Shown: positions 40,101 through 54,088 of the stretch, piece after piece
Layout of the letters: each line of letters begins with the position of its first letter
Numbering within the stretch: position 1 is the stretch's first letter
Assembly: GCA_040954595.2 (NCBI GenBank)
Contig: CM082582.2
Location: forward strand, 13,937,381 to 14,001,380
Source: Balanoglossus misakiensis
Taxonomy: Eukaryota > Animalia > Hemichordata
DNA: 64,000 bases
Direction of reading: 5' to 3'
Position numbers and translations under genes: made by a program
Notes under the pieces: model-generated
Databases searched by the model: none
What the model was told of the DNA's origin: nothing
Seen by the model: only the letters and a program-made list of their open reading frames with translations

Positions 40101-43100
40101 GGAAGTCTCCGGCAACTTGGCCCAGATTCACCGCGCCGTTACCACTGGAAGTCGCCGACAACTTGGCCCAGATTCACCACGCCATTACGACTGGAAGTCG
40201 CCGGCAACTTGGCCCAGATTCACCGCGCCGTTATGACCGAAAGTCGCCAGAAACTTGGCCCAGATTCGCCGCGCCGTTATGACCGAAAGTCGCCGGCAAC
40301 TTGGCCTAGTTTCACCGCGCCGATACCACCGGAAGGCGCCGGCAACTTGGCCCGGATTCACAGGAAGTCACCATCAACTTGGCCCAGATTCACCGCGCCG
40401 TTACCACAGGAAATCGCCGGCAACTTGGCCCAGATTCACCGCGCCGTTACCACAGGAAATCGCCGGCAACTTGGCCCAGATTCACCGCGCCGTTACGACC
40501 GGAAGTCGCCGCAACTTTGCCCGGATTCACAGGAAGTCGCCATCAACTTGGCCCAGATTCACCGCGCCGTTACGACAGGAAGTCGCCGGCAACTTGGCCC
40601 AGATTCACCGCGCCGTTACGACAGGAAGTCGCCGGCAACTTGGCCCATAATCACCGCGCCGTTACCACCGGAAGTCGCCGGCAACTTGGCCCAGATTCAC
40701 CGCGCCGTTACCACAGGAAGTTGCCGGCAACTTGGCCCAGATTCACCGTGCCGTTACGACCGGAAGTCGCCGCAACTTGGCCCGGATTAACAGGAAGTCT
40801 CCGGCAACTTGGCCCAGATTCACCGCGCCGTTACCACAGGAAGTCGCCGGCAACTTGGCCCAGATTCACCACGCCATTACGACCGGAAGTCGCCGGCAAC
40901 TTGGCCCAGATTCACCGCGCCGTTATGACCGAAAGTCGCCAGAAACTTGGCCCAGATTCGCCGCGCCGTTATGACCGAAAGTCGCCGGCAACTTGGCCTA
41001 GTTTCACCGCGCCGATACCACCGGAAGGCGCCGGCAACTTGGCCCGGATTCACAGGAAGTCACCATCAACTTGGCCCAGATTCACCGCGCCGTTACCACA
41101 GGAAATCGCCGGCAACTTGGCCCAGATTCACCGCGCCGTTACCACAGGAAATCGCCGGCAACTTGGCCCAGATTCACCGCGCCGTTACGACCGGAAGTCG
41201 CCGCAACTTTGCCCGGATTCACAGGAAGTCGCCATCAACTTGGCCCAGATTCACCGCGCCGTTACGACAGGAAGTCGCCGGCAACTTGGCCCAGATTCAC
41301 CGCGCCGTTACGACAGGAAGTCGCCGGCAACTTGGCCCATAATCACCGCGCCGTTACCACCGGAAGTCGCCGGCAACTTGGCCCAGATTCACCGCGCCGT
41401 TACCACAGGAAGTTGCCGGCAACTTGGCCCAGATTCACCGTGCCGTTACGACCGGAAGTCGCCGCAACTTGGCCCGGATTAACAGGAAGTCTCCGGCAAC
41501 TTGGCCCAGATTCACCGCGCCGTTACCACAGGAAGTCGCCGGCAACTTGGCCCAGATTCACCACGCCATTACGACCGGAAGTCGCCGGCAACTTGGCCCA
41601 GATTCACCGCGCCGTTATGACCGAAAGTCGCCAGAAACTTGGCCCAGATTCGCCGCGCCGTTATGACCGAAAGTCGCCGGCAACTTGGCCTAGTTTCACC
41701 GCGCCGATACCACCGGAAGGCGCCGGCAACTTGGCCCGGATTCACAGGAAGTCACCATCAACTTGGCCCAGATTCACCGCGCCGTTACCACAGGAAATCG
41801 CCGGCAACTTGGCCCAGATTCACCGCGCCGTTACCACAGGAAATCGCCGGCAACTTGGCCCAGATTCACCGCGCCGTTACGACCGGAAGTCGCCGCAACT
41901 TTGCCCGGATTCACAGGAAGTCGCCATCAACTTGGCCCAGATTCACCGCGCCGTTACGACAGGAAGTCGCCGGCAACTTGGCCCAGATTCACCGCGCCGT
42001 TACGACCGGAAGTCGCAACAACTTTGCCCGGATTCACAGGAAGTCGCCATCAACTTGGCCCAGATTCACCGCGCCGTTACGACAGGAAGTCGCCGGCAAC
42101 TTGGCCCAGATTCACCGCGCCGTTACGACAGGAAGTCGCCGGCAACTTGGCCCATAATCACCGCGCCGTTACCACCGGAAGTCGCCGGCAACTTGGCCCA
42201 GATTCACCGCGCCGTTACCACAGGAAGTTGCCGGCAACTTGGCCCAGATTCACCGTGCCGTTACGACCGGAAGACGCCGCAACTTGGCCCGGATTAACAG
42301 GAAGTCTCCGGCAACTTGGCCCAGATTCACCGCGCCGTTACCACAGGAAGTCGCCGGCAACTTGGCCCAGATTCACCACGCCATTACGACCGGAAGTCGC
42401 CGGCAACTTGGCCCAGATTCACCGCGCCGTTATGACCGAAAGTCGCCAGAAACTTGGCCCAGATTCGCCGCGCCGTTATGACCGGAAGTCGCCGGCAACT
42501 TGGCCCAGATTCACCGCGCCGCTACGACCGGAAGTCGCCGCAACTTTGCCCGGATTCACAGGAAGTCGCCATCAACTTGGCCCAGATTCACCGCGCCGTT
42601 ACGACAGGAAGTCGCCGGCAACTTGGCCCATAATCACCGCGCCGTTACCACCGGAAGTCGCCGGCAACTTGGCCCAGATTCACCGCGCCATTACGACAGG
42701 AAGTTGCCGGCAACTTGGCCCAGATTCACCGTGCCGTTACGACCGGAAGTCGCCGCAACTTGGCCCGGATTAACAGGAAGTCTCCGGCAACTTGGCCCAG
42801 ATTCACCGCGCCGTTACCACAGGAAGTCGCCGGCAACTTGGCCCAGATTCACCACGCCATTACGACCGGAAGTCGCCGGCAACTTGGCCCAGATTCACCG
42901 CGCCGTTATGACCGAAAGTCGCCAGAAACTTGGCCCAGATTCGCCGCGCCGTTATGACCGAAAGTCGCCGGCAACTTGGCCTAGTTTCACCGCGCTGATA
43001 CCACCGGAAGGCGCCGGCAACTTGGCCTGGATTCACAGGAAGTCACCATCAACTTGGCCCAGATTCACCGCGCCGTTACCACAGGAAATCGCCGGCAACT

Positions 43101-46058
43101 TGGCCCAGATTCACCGCGCCGTTACCACAGGAAATCGCCGGCAACTTGGCCCAGATTCACCGCGCCGTTACGACCGGAAGTCGCCGCAACTTTGCCCGGA
43201 TTCACAGAAAAGTCGCCATCAACTTGGCCCAGATTCACCGCGCCGTTACGACAGGAAGTCGCCGGCAACTTGGCCCAGATTCACCGCGCCGTTACGACAG
43301 GAAGTCGCCGGCAACTTGGCCCATAATCACCGTGCCGTAACCACCGGAAGTCGCCGGCAACTTGGCCCAGATTCACCGCGCCGTTACCACAGGAAGTTGC
43401 CGGCAACTTGGCCCAGATTCACCGTGCCGTTACGACCGGAAGACGCCGCAACTTGGCCCGGATTAACAGGAAGTCTCCGGCAACTTGGCCCAGATTCACC
43501 GCGCCGTTACCACAGGAAGTCGCCGGCAACTTGGCCCAGATTCACCACGCCATTACGACCGGAAGTCGCCGGCAACTTGGCCCAGATTCACCGCGCCGTT
43601 ATGACCGAAAGTCGCCAGAAACTTGGCCCAGATTCGCCGCGCCGTTATGACCGGAAGTCGCCGGCAACTTGGCCCAGATTCACCGCGCCGCTACGACCGG
43701 AAGTCGCCGCAACTTTGCCCGGATTCACAGGAAGTCGCCATCAACTTGGCCCAGATTCACCGCGCCGTTACGACAGGAAGTCGCCGGCAACTTGGCCCAT
43801 AATCACCGCGCCGTTACCACCGGAAGTCGCCGGCAACTTGGCCCAGATTCACCGCGCCATTACGACAGGAAGTTGCCGGCAACTTGGCCCAGATTCACCG
43901 TGCCGTTACGACCGGAAGTCGCCGCAACTTGGCCCGGATTAACAGGAAGTCTCCGGCAACTTGGCCCAGATTCACCGCGCCGTTACCACAGGAAGTCGCC
44001 GGCAACTTGGCCCAGATTCACCACGCCATTACGACCGGAAGTCGCCGGCAACTTGGCCCAGATTCACCGCGCCGTTATGACCGAAAGTCGCCAGAAACTT
44101 GGCCCAGATTCGCCGCGCCGTTATGACCGAAAGTCGCCGGCAACTTGGCCTAGTTTCACCGCGCTGATACCACCGGAAGGCGCCGGCAACTTGGCCTGGA
44201 TTCACAGGAAGTCACCATCAACTTGGCCCAGATTCACCGCGCCGTTACCACAGGAAATCGCCGGCAACTTGGCCCAGATTCACCGCGCCGTTACCACAGG
44301 AAATCGCCGGCAACTTGGCCCAGATTCACCGCGCCGTTACGACCGGAAGTCGCCGCAACTTTGCCCGGATTCACAGAAAAGTCGCCATCAACTTGGCCCA
44401 GATTCACCGCGCCGTTACGACAGGAAGTCGCCGGCAACTTGGCCCAGATTCACCGCGCCGTTACGACAGGAAGTCGCCGGCAACTTGGCCCATAATCACC
44501 GTGCCGTTACCACCGGAAGTCGCCGGCAACTTGGCCCAGATTCACCGCGCCGTTACCACAGGAAGTTTCCGGCAACTTGGCCCAGATTCACCGTGCCGTT
44601 ACGACCGGAAGTCGCCGCAACTTGGCCCGGATTAACAGGAAGTCTCCGGCAACTTGGCCCAGATTCACCGCGCCGTTACCACAGGAAGTCGCCGGCAACT
44701 TGGCCCAGATTCACCACGCCATTACGACCGGAAGTCGCCGGCAACTTGGCCCAGATTCACCGCGCCGTTATGACCGAAAGTCGCCAGAAACTTGGCCCAG
44801 ATTCGCCGCGCCGTTATGACCGAAAGTCGCCGGCAACTTGGCCTAGTTTCACCGCGCCGATACCACCGGAAGGCGCCGGCAACTTGGCCCGGATTCACAG
44901 GAAGTCACCATCAACTTGGCCCAAATTCACCGCGCCGTTACCACAGGAAATCGCCGGCAACTTGGCCCAGATTCACCGCGCCGTTACCACAGGAAATCGC
45001 CGGCAACTTGGCCCAGATTCACCGCGCCGTTACGACCGGAAGTCGCCGCAACTTTGCCCGGATTCACAGGAAGTCGCCATCAACTTGGCCCAGATTCACC
45101 GCGCCGTTACGACAGGAAGTCGCCGGCAACTTGGCCCAGATTCACCGCGCCGTTACGACAGGAAGTCGCCGGCAACTTGGCCCATAATCACCGCGCCGTT
45201 ACCACCGGAAGTCGCCGGAAACTTGGCCCAGATTCACCGCGCCGTTACCACAGGAAGTTGCCGGCAACTTGGCCCAGATTCACAGTGCCGTTACGACCGG
45301 AAGTCACCGCAACTTGGCCCGGATTAACAGGAAGTCTCCGGCAACTTGGCCCAGATTCACCGCGCCGTTACCACAGGAAGTCGCCGGCAACTTGGCCCAG
45401 ATTCACCACGCCATTACGACCGGAAGTCGCCGGCAACTTGGTCCAGATTCACCGCGCCAGTATGACCGAAAGTCGCCAGAAACTTGGCCCAGATTCGCCG
45501 CGCCGTTATGACCGAAAGTCGCCGGCAACTTGGCCTAGTTTCACCGCGCCGATACCACCGGAAGGCGCCGGCAACTTGGCCCGGATTCACAGGAAGTCAC
45601 CATCAACTTGGCCCAGATTCACCGCGCCGTTACCACAGGAAATCGCCGGCAACTTGGCCCAGATTCACTGCGCCGTTACCACAGGAAATCGCCGGCAACT
45701 TGGCCCAGATTCACCGCGCCGTTACGACCGGAAGTCGCCGCAACTTTGCCCGGATTCACAGGAAGTCGCCATCAACTTGGCCCAGATTCACCGCGCCGTT
45801 TCGACAGGAAGTTGCCGGCAACTTGGCCCAGATTCACCGTGCCGTTACGACCGGAAGTCGCCGCAACTTGGCCCGGATTAACAGGAAGTCTCCGGAAACT
45901 TGGCCCAGATTCACCACGCCATTACGACCGGAAGTCGCCGGCAACTTGGCCCAGATTCACCGCGCCGTTATGACCGAAAGTCGCCAGAAACTTGGCCCAG
46001 ATTCGCCGCGCCGTTATGACCGAAAGTCGCCGGCAACTTCGCCCGGATTCACCGCGCC

Positions 46059-46100
46059 TAACCCTAACCCTAACCCTAACCCTAACCCTAACCCTAACCC
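46059..46100 (+). repeat. (TAACCC)7 telomeric insert in satellite
   Basis: Same flanks; 8985 bp after 37074. Confidence 0.95.
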
Positions 46101-49100
46101 CAGGAAATCGCCGGCAACTTGGCCCAGATTCACCGCGCCGTTACGAGAAGAAGTCGCCGGCAACTTGGCCCAGATTCACCGCGCCGTTACGACAGGAAGT
46201 CGCCGGCAACTTGGCCCAGATTCACCGCGCCGTTACGACAGGAAGTCGCCGGCAACTTGGCCCAGATTCACCGTGCCGTTACGACCGGAAGTCGCCGCAA
46301 CTTGGCCCGGATTAACAGGAAGTCTCCGGCAACTTGGCCCAGATTCACCGCGCCGTTACCACAGGAAGTCGCCGGCAACTTGGCCCAGATTCACCACGCC
46401 TTTACGACCGGAAGTCACCGCAAACTTGGCAAAGATTCACCGCGCCGTTATGACCGAAAGTCGCCGGCAACTTTGCCCAGATTCACCGCGCCGTTACGAC
46501 AGGAAGTCGCCGGCAACTTGGCCTAGTTTCACCGCGCCGATACCACCGGAAGGCGCCGGCAACTTGGCCCAGATTCACCGCGCCGTTACCACAGGAAATC
46601 GCCGGCAACTTGGCCCAGATTCACCGCGCCGTTACCACAGGAAATCGCCGGCAACTTGGCCCAGATTCACCGCGCCGTTACGACCGGAAGTCGCCGCAAC
46701 TTTGCCCGGATTCACAGGAAGTCGCCATCAACTTGGCCCAGATTCACCGCGCCGTTACCACAGGAAGTCGCCGGCAACTTGGCCCAGATTCACCGCGCCG
46801 TTACGACAGGAAGTCGCCGGCAACTTGGCCCATAATCACCGCGCCGTTACCACCGGAAGTCGCCGGCAACTTGGCCCAGATTCACCGCGCCATTACGACA
46901 GGAAGTTGCCGGCAACTTGGCCCAGATTCACCGTGCCGTTACGACCGGAAGTCGCCGCAACTTGGCCCGGATTAACAGGAAGTCTCCGGCAACTTGGCCC
47001 AGATTCACCGCGCCGTTACCACAGGAAGTCGCCGGCAACTTGGCCCAGATTCACCACGCCATTACGACCGGAAGTCGCCGGCAACTTGGCCCAGATTCAC
47101 CGCGCCGTTATGACCGAAAGTCGCCAGAAACTTGGCCCAGATTCGCCGCGCCGTTATGACCGAAAGTCGCCGGCAACTTGGCCTAGTTTCACCGCGCCGA
47201 TACCACCGGAAGGCGCCGGCAACTTGGCCCGGATTCACAGGAAGTCACCATCAACTTGGCCCAGATTCACCGCGCCGTTACCACAGGAAATCGCCGGCAA
47301 CTTGGCCCAGATTCACCGCGCCGTTACCACAGGAAATCGCCGGCAACTTGGCCCAGATTCACCGCGCCGTTACGACCGGAAGTCGCCGCAACTTTGCCCG
47401 GATTCACAGGAAGTCGCCATCAACTTGGCCCAGATTCACCGCGCCGTTACCACAGGAAGTCGCCGGCAACTTGGCCCAGATTCACCGCGCCGTTACGACA
47501 GGAAGTCGCCGGCAACTTGGCCCATAATCACCGCGCCGTTACCACCGGAAGTCGCCGGCAACTTGGCCCAGATTCACCGCGCCATTACGACAGGAAGTTG
47601 CCGGCAACTTGGCCCAGATTCACCGTGCCGTTACGACCGGAAGTCGCCGCAACTTGGCCCGGATTAACAGGAAGTCTCCGGCAACTTGGCCCAGATTCAC
47701 CGCGCCGTTACCACAGGAAGTCGCCGGCAACTTGGCCCAGATTCACCACGCCATTACGACCGGAAGTCGCCGGCAACTTGGCCCAGATTCACCGCGCCGT
47801 TATGACCGAAAGTCGCCAGAAACTTGGCCCAGATTCGCCGCGCCGTTATGACCGAAAGTCGCCGGCAACTTGGCCTAGTTTCACCGCGCCGATACCACCG
47901 GAAGGCGCCGGCAACTTGGCCCGGATTCACAGGAAGTCACCATCAACTTGGCCCAGATTCACCGCGCCGCTACCACAGGAAATCGCCGGCAACTTGGCCC
48001 AGATTCACCGCGCCGTTACCACAGGAAATCGCCGGCAACTTGGCCCAGATTCACCGCGCCGTTACGACCGGAAGTCGCCGCAACTTTGCCCGGATTCACA
48101 GGAAGTCGCCATCAACTTGGCCCAGATTCACCGCGCCGTTACCACAGGAAGTCGCCGGCAACTTGGCCCAGATTCACCGCGCCGTTACGACAGGAAGTCG
48201 CCGGCAACTTGGCCCATAATCACCGCGCCGTTACCACCGGAAGTCGCCGGCAACTTGGCCCAGATTCACCGCGCCATTACGACAGGAAGTTGCCGGCAAC
48301 TTGGCCCAGATTCACCGTGCCGTTACGACCGGAAGTCGCCGCAACTTGGCCCGGATTAACAGGAAGTCTCCGGCAACTTGGCCCAGATTCACCGCGCCGT
48401 TACCACAGGAAGTCGCCGGCAACTTGGCCCAGATTCACCACGCCATTACGACCGGAAGTCGCCGGCAACTTGGCCCAGATTCACCGCGCCATTATGACCG
48501 AAAGTCGCCAGAAACTTGGCCCAGATTCGCCGCGCCGTTATGACCGAAAGTCGCCGGCAACTTGGCCTAGTTTCACCGCGCCGATACCACCGGAAGGCGC
48601 CGGCAACTTGGCCCGGATTCACAGGAAGTCACCATCAACTTGGCCCAGATTCACCGCGCCGTTACCACAGGAAATCGCCGGCAACTTGGCCCAGATTCAC
48701 CGCGCCGTTACCACAGGAAATCGCCGGCAACTTGGCCCAGATTCACCGCGCCGTTACGACCGGAAGTCGCCGCAACTTTGCCCGGATTCACAGAAAAGTC
48801 GCCATCAACTTGGCCCAGATTCACCGCGCCGTTACGACAGGAAGTCGCCGGCAACTTGGCCCAGATTCACCGCGCCGTTACGACAGGAAGTCGCCGGCAA
48901 CTTGGCCCATAATCACCGCGCCGTTACCACCGGAAGTCGCCGGCAACTTGGCCCAGATTCACCGCGCCGTTACCACAGGAAGTTTCCGGCAACTTGGCCC
49001 AGATTCACCGTGCCGTTACGACCGGAAGTCGCCGCAACTTGGCCCGGATTAACAGGAAGTCTCCGGCAACTTGGCCCAGATTCACCGCGCCGTTACCACA

Positions 49101-50999
49101 GGAAGTCGCCGGCAACTTGGCCCAGATTCACCACGCCATTACGACCGGAAGTCGCCGGCAACTTGGCCCAGATTCACCACGCCGTTATGACCGAAAGTCG
49201 CCAGAAACTTGGCCCAGATTCGCCGCGCCGTTATGACCGAAAGTCGCCGGCAACTTGGCCTAGTTTCACCGCGCCGATACCACCGGAAGGCGCCGGCAAC
49301 TTGGCCCGGATTCACAGGAAGTCACCATCAACTTGGCCCAGATTCACCGCGCCGTTACCACAGGAAATCGCCGGCAACTTGGCCCAGATTCACCGCGCCG
49401 TTACCACAGGAAATCGCCGGCAACTTGGCCCAGATTCGCCGCGCCGTTATGACCGAAAGTCGCCGGCAACTTGGCCTAGTTTCACCGCGCCGATACCACC
49501 GGAAGGCGCCGGCAACTTGGCCCGGATTCACAGGAAGTCACCATCAACTTGGCCCAGATTCACCGCGCCGTTACCACAGGAAATCGCCGGCAACTTGGCC
49601 CAGATTCACCGCGCCGTTACCACAGAAAATCGCCGGCAACTTGGCCCAGATTCGCCGCGCCGTTATGACCGAAAGTCGCCGGCAACTTGGCCTAGTTTCA
49701 CCGCGCCGATACCACCGGAAGGCGCCGGCAACTTGGCCCGGATTCACAGGAAGTCACCATCAACTTGGCCCAAATTCACCGCGCCGTTACCACAGGAAAT
49801 CGCCGGCAACTTGGCCCAGATTCACCGCGCCGTTACCACAGGAAATCGCCGGCAACTTGGCCCAGATTCACCGCGCCGTTACGACCGGAAGTCGCCGCAT
49901 CTTTGCCCGGATTCACAGGAAGTCGCCATCAACTTGGCCCAGATTCACCGCGCCGTTACGACAGGAAGTCGCCGGCAACTTGGCCCAGATTCACCGCGCC
50001 GTTACGACAGGAAGTCGCCGGCAACTTGGCCCATAATCACCGCGCCGTTACCACCGGAAGTCGCCGGCAACTTGGCCCAGATTCACCGCGCCGTTACCAC
50101 AGGAAGTTGCCGGCAACTTGGCCCAGATTCACCGTGCCGTTACGACCGGAAGTCACCGCAACTTGGCCGGGATTAACAGGAAGTCTCCGGCAACTTGGCC
50201 CAGATTCACCGCGCCGTTACCACAGGAAGTCGCCGGCAACTTGGCCCAGATTCACCACGCCATTACGACCGGAAGTCGCCGGCAACTTGGCCCAGATTCA
50301 CAGCGCCAGTATGACCGAAAGTCGCCAGAAACTTGGCCCAGATTCGCCGCGCCGTTATGACCGAAAGTCGCCGGCAACTTGGCCTAGTTTCACCGCGCCG
50401 ATACCACCGGAAGGCGCCGGCAACTTGGCCCGGATTCACAGGAAGTCACCATCAACTTGGCCCAGATTCACCGCGCCGTTACCACAGGAAATCGCCGGCA
50501 ACTAGGCCCAGATTCACCGCGCCGTTACCACAGGAAATCGCCGGCAACTTGGCCCAGATTCACCGCGCCGTTACGACCGGAAGTCGCCGCAACTTTGCCC
50601 GGATTCACAGGAAGTCGCCATCAACTTGGCCCAGATTCACCGCGCCGTTTCGACAGGAAGTCGCCGGCAACTTGGCCCAGATTCACCGCGCCGTTACGAC
50701 AGGAAGTCGCCGGCAACTTGGCCCATAATCACCGCGCCGTTACCACAGGAAGTTGCCGGCAACTTGGCCCAGATTCACCGTGCCGTTACGACCGGAAGTC
50801 GCCGCAACTTGGCCCGGATTAACAGGAAGTCTCCGGCAACTTGGCCCAGATTCACCACGCCATTACGACCGGAAGTCGCCGGCAACTTGGCCCAGATTCA
50901 CCGCGCCGTTATGACCGAAAGTCGCCAGAAACTTGCCCCAGATTCGCCGCTCCGTTATGACCGAAAGTCGCCGGCAACTTCGCCCGGATTCACCGCGCC

Positions 51000-51035
51000 T
51001 AACCCTAACCCTAACCCTAACCCTAACCCTAACCC
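51000..51035 (+). repeat. (TAACCC)6 telomeric insert in satellite
   Basis: Same flanks. Confidence 0.95.
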
Positions 51036-54000
51036 CAGGAAATCGCCGGCAACTTGGCCCAGATTCACCGCGCCGTTACGACAGGAAGTCGCCGGCAACT
51101 TGGCCCAGATTCACCGCGCCGTTACGACAGGAAGTCGCCGGCAACTTGGCCCAGATTCACCGCGCCGTTACGACAGGAAGTCGCCGGCAACTTGGCAAAG
51201 ATTCACCGCGCCGTTATGACCGAAAGTCGCCAGAAACTTCGCCCGGATTCACCGCGCCGTTACGACCGGAAGTCGCCGCAACTTGGCCCGGATTAACAGG
51301 AAGACTCCGGCAACTTGGCCCAGATTCACCGCGCCGTTACCACAGGAAGTCGCCGGCAACTTGGCCCAGATTCACCACGCCTTTACGACCGGAAGTCACC
51401 GCAAACTTGGCAAAGATTCACCGCGCCGTTATGACCGAAAGTCGCCAGAAACTTCGCCCGGATTCACCGCGCCGTTACGACCGGAAGTCGCCGGCAACTT
51501 TGCCCAGATTCACCGCGCCGTTACGACAGGAAGTCGCCGGCAACTTGGCCTAGTTTCACCGCGCCGATACCACCGGAAGGCGCCGGCAACTTGGCCCAGA
51601 TTCACCGCGCCGTTACCACAGGAAATCGCCGGCAACTTGGCCCAGATTCACCGCGCCGTTACCACTGGAAGTCGCCGGCAACTTGGCCCTGATTCACCGC
51701 GCTGTTACGACCGGAAGTCGCCGCAACTTGGCCCGGATTCACAGGAAGTCTCCGGCAACTTGGCCCAGATTCTTGCGCCGTTACGACCGGAAGTCGCCGG
51801 CAACTTGGCCCAGATTCACCGCACCGTTACCACCGGAAGTCGCCGGCAACTTGGCCCTGATTCACCGCGCCGTTACGACCGGAAGTTGCCGCAACTTGGC
51901 CCGGATTCACAGGAAGTCTCCGGCAACTTGGCCCAGATTCTTGCGCCGTTACGACCGGAAGTCGCCGGCAACTTGGCCCAGATTCACCGCGCCGTTACGA
52001 CCGGAAGTCGCCGGCAACTTGGCCCGGATTCACCACGCCAACAAGATACCCAACCCCTTCGACCGCCAGGCTACGGCCGGAAGTGGAGGCCAACCTGATA
52101 CCCAACCCCTTCGACCGCCAGGCTACGGCCGGAAGTGGAGGCCAACCTGATACCCAACCCCTTCGACCGCCAGGCTACGGCCGGAAGTGGAGGCCAACCT
52201 GATACCCAACCCCTTCGACCGCCAGGCTACGGCCGGAAGTGGAGGCCAACCTGATACCCAACCCCTTCGACCGCCAGGCTACGGCCGGAAGTGGAGGCCA
52301 ACCTGATACCCAACCCCTTCGACCGCCAGGCTACGGCCGGAAGTGGAGGCCAACCTGATACCCAACCCCTTCGACCGCCAGGCTACGGCCGGAAGTGGAG
52401 GCCAACCTGATACCCAACCCCTTCGACCGCCAGGCTACGGCCGGAAGTGGAGGCCAACCTGATACCCAACCCCTTCGACCGCCAGGCTACGGCCGGAAGT
52501 GGAGGCCAACCTGATACCCAACCCCTTCGACCGCCAGGCTACGGCCGGAAGTGGAGGCCAACCTGATACCCAACCCCTTCGACCGCCAGGCTACGGCCGG
52601 AAGTGGAGGCCAACCTGATACCCAACCCCTTCGACCGCCAGGCTACGGCCGGAAGTGGAGGCCAACCTGATACCCAACCCCTTCGACCGCCAGGCTACGG
52701 CCGGAAGTGGAGGCCAACCTGATACCCAACCCCTTCGACCGCCAGGCTACGGCCGGAAGTGGAGGCCAACCTGATACCCAACCCCTTCGACCGCCAGGCT
52801 ACGGCCGGAAGTGGAGGCCAACCTGATACCCAACCCCTTCGACCGCCAGGCTACGGCCGGAAGTGGAGGCCAACCTGATACCCAACCCCTTCGACCGCCA
52901 GGCTACGGCCGGAAGTGGAGGCCAACCTGATACCCAACCCCTTCGACCGCCAGGCTACGGCCGGAAGTTGAGGCCAACCTGATACCCAACCCCTTCGACC
53001 GCCAGGCTACGGCCGGAAGTGGAGGCCAACCTGATACCCAACCCCTTCGACCGCCAGGCTACGGCCGGAAGTGGAGGCCAACCTGATACCCAACCCCTTC
53101 GACCGCCAGGCTACGGCCGGAAGCGGAGGCCAACCTGATACCCAACCCCTTCGACCGCCAGGCTACGGCCGGAAGCGGAGGCCAACCTGATACCCAACCC
53201 CTTCGACCGCCAGGCTACGGCCGGAAGCGGAGGCCAACCTGATACCCAACCCCTTCGACCGCCAGGCTACGGCCGGAAGCGGAGGCCAACCTGATACCCA
53301 ACCCCTTCGACCGCCAGGCTACGGCCGGAAGCGGAGGCCAACCTGATACCCAACCCCTTCGACCGCCAGGCTACGGCCGGAAGCGGAGGCCAACCTGATA
53401 CCCAACCCCTTCGACCGCCAGGCTACGGCCGGAAGCGGAGGCCAACCTGATACCCAACCCCTTCGACCGCCAGGCTACGGCCGGAAGCGGAGGCCAACCA
53501 GATACCCAACCCCTTCGACCGCCAGGCTACGGCCGGAAGCGGAGGCCAACCTGATACCCAACCCCTTCGACCGCCAGGCTACGGCCGGAAGCGGAGGCCA
53601 ACCTGATACCCAACCCCTTCGACCGCCAGGCTACGGCCGGAAGCGGAGGCCAACCTGATACCCAACCCCTTCGACCGCCAGGCTACGGCCGGAAGCGGAG
53701 GCCAACCTGATACCCAACCCCTTCGACCGCCAGGCTACGGCCGGAAGCGGAGGCCAACCTGATACCCAACCCCTTCGACCGCCAGGCTACGGCCGGAAGC
53801 GGAGGCCAACCTGATACCCAACCCCTTCGACCGCCAGGCTACGGCCGGAAGCGGAGGCCAACCTGATACCCAACCCCTTCGACCGCCAGGCTACGGCCGG
53901 AAGCGGAGGCCAACCTGATACCCAACCCCTTCGACCGCCAGGCTACGGCCGGAAGCGGAGGCCAACCTGATACCCAACCCCTTCGACCGACAGGCTTCGG

Positions 54001-54088
54001 CCGGAAGCGGAGGCCAACCTGATACCCAACCCCTTCGACCGCCAGGCTACGGCCGGAAGCGGAGGCCAACCTGATACCCAACCCCTTC

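Larger units (their letters stand above)
27870..51000 (+). repeat. 692-bp 16-monomer higher-order repeat domain (11x46 + 2x45 + 3x32 bp) with structural variants
   Basis: Exact 692 periodicity: 29286/29978/30670, 40040/40732/41424, 46917/47609/48301. Fixed order of variants (gattaacagg, cctagtttc, cccataatc, aagttgcc). Confidence 0.92.
11467..52039 (+). repeat. GC/CpG-rich satellite, 46-bp monomer CAACTTGGCCCAGATTCACCGCGCCGTTAC[G/C]AC[C/A]GGAAGTCGCCGG with 45- and 32-bp variants, roughly 900-950 monomers
   Basis: Uninterrupted head-to-tail array in one orientation; count estimated from length and mean monomer size (~43 bp). Confidence 0.99.

Noticed and set aside
11467-52039. p53 half-site-like CAACTTGGCC in the monomer
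   Set aside because: Two mismatches to RRRCWWGYYY and no adjacent second half-site.
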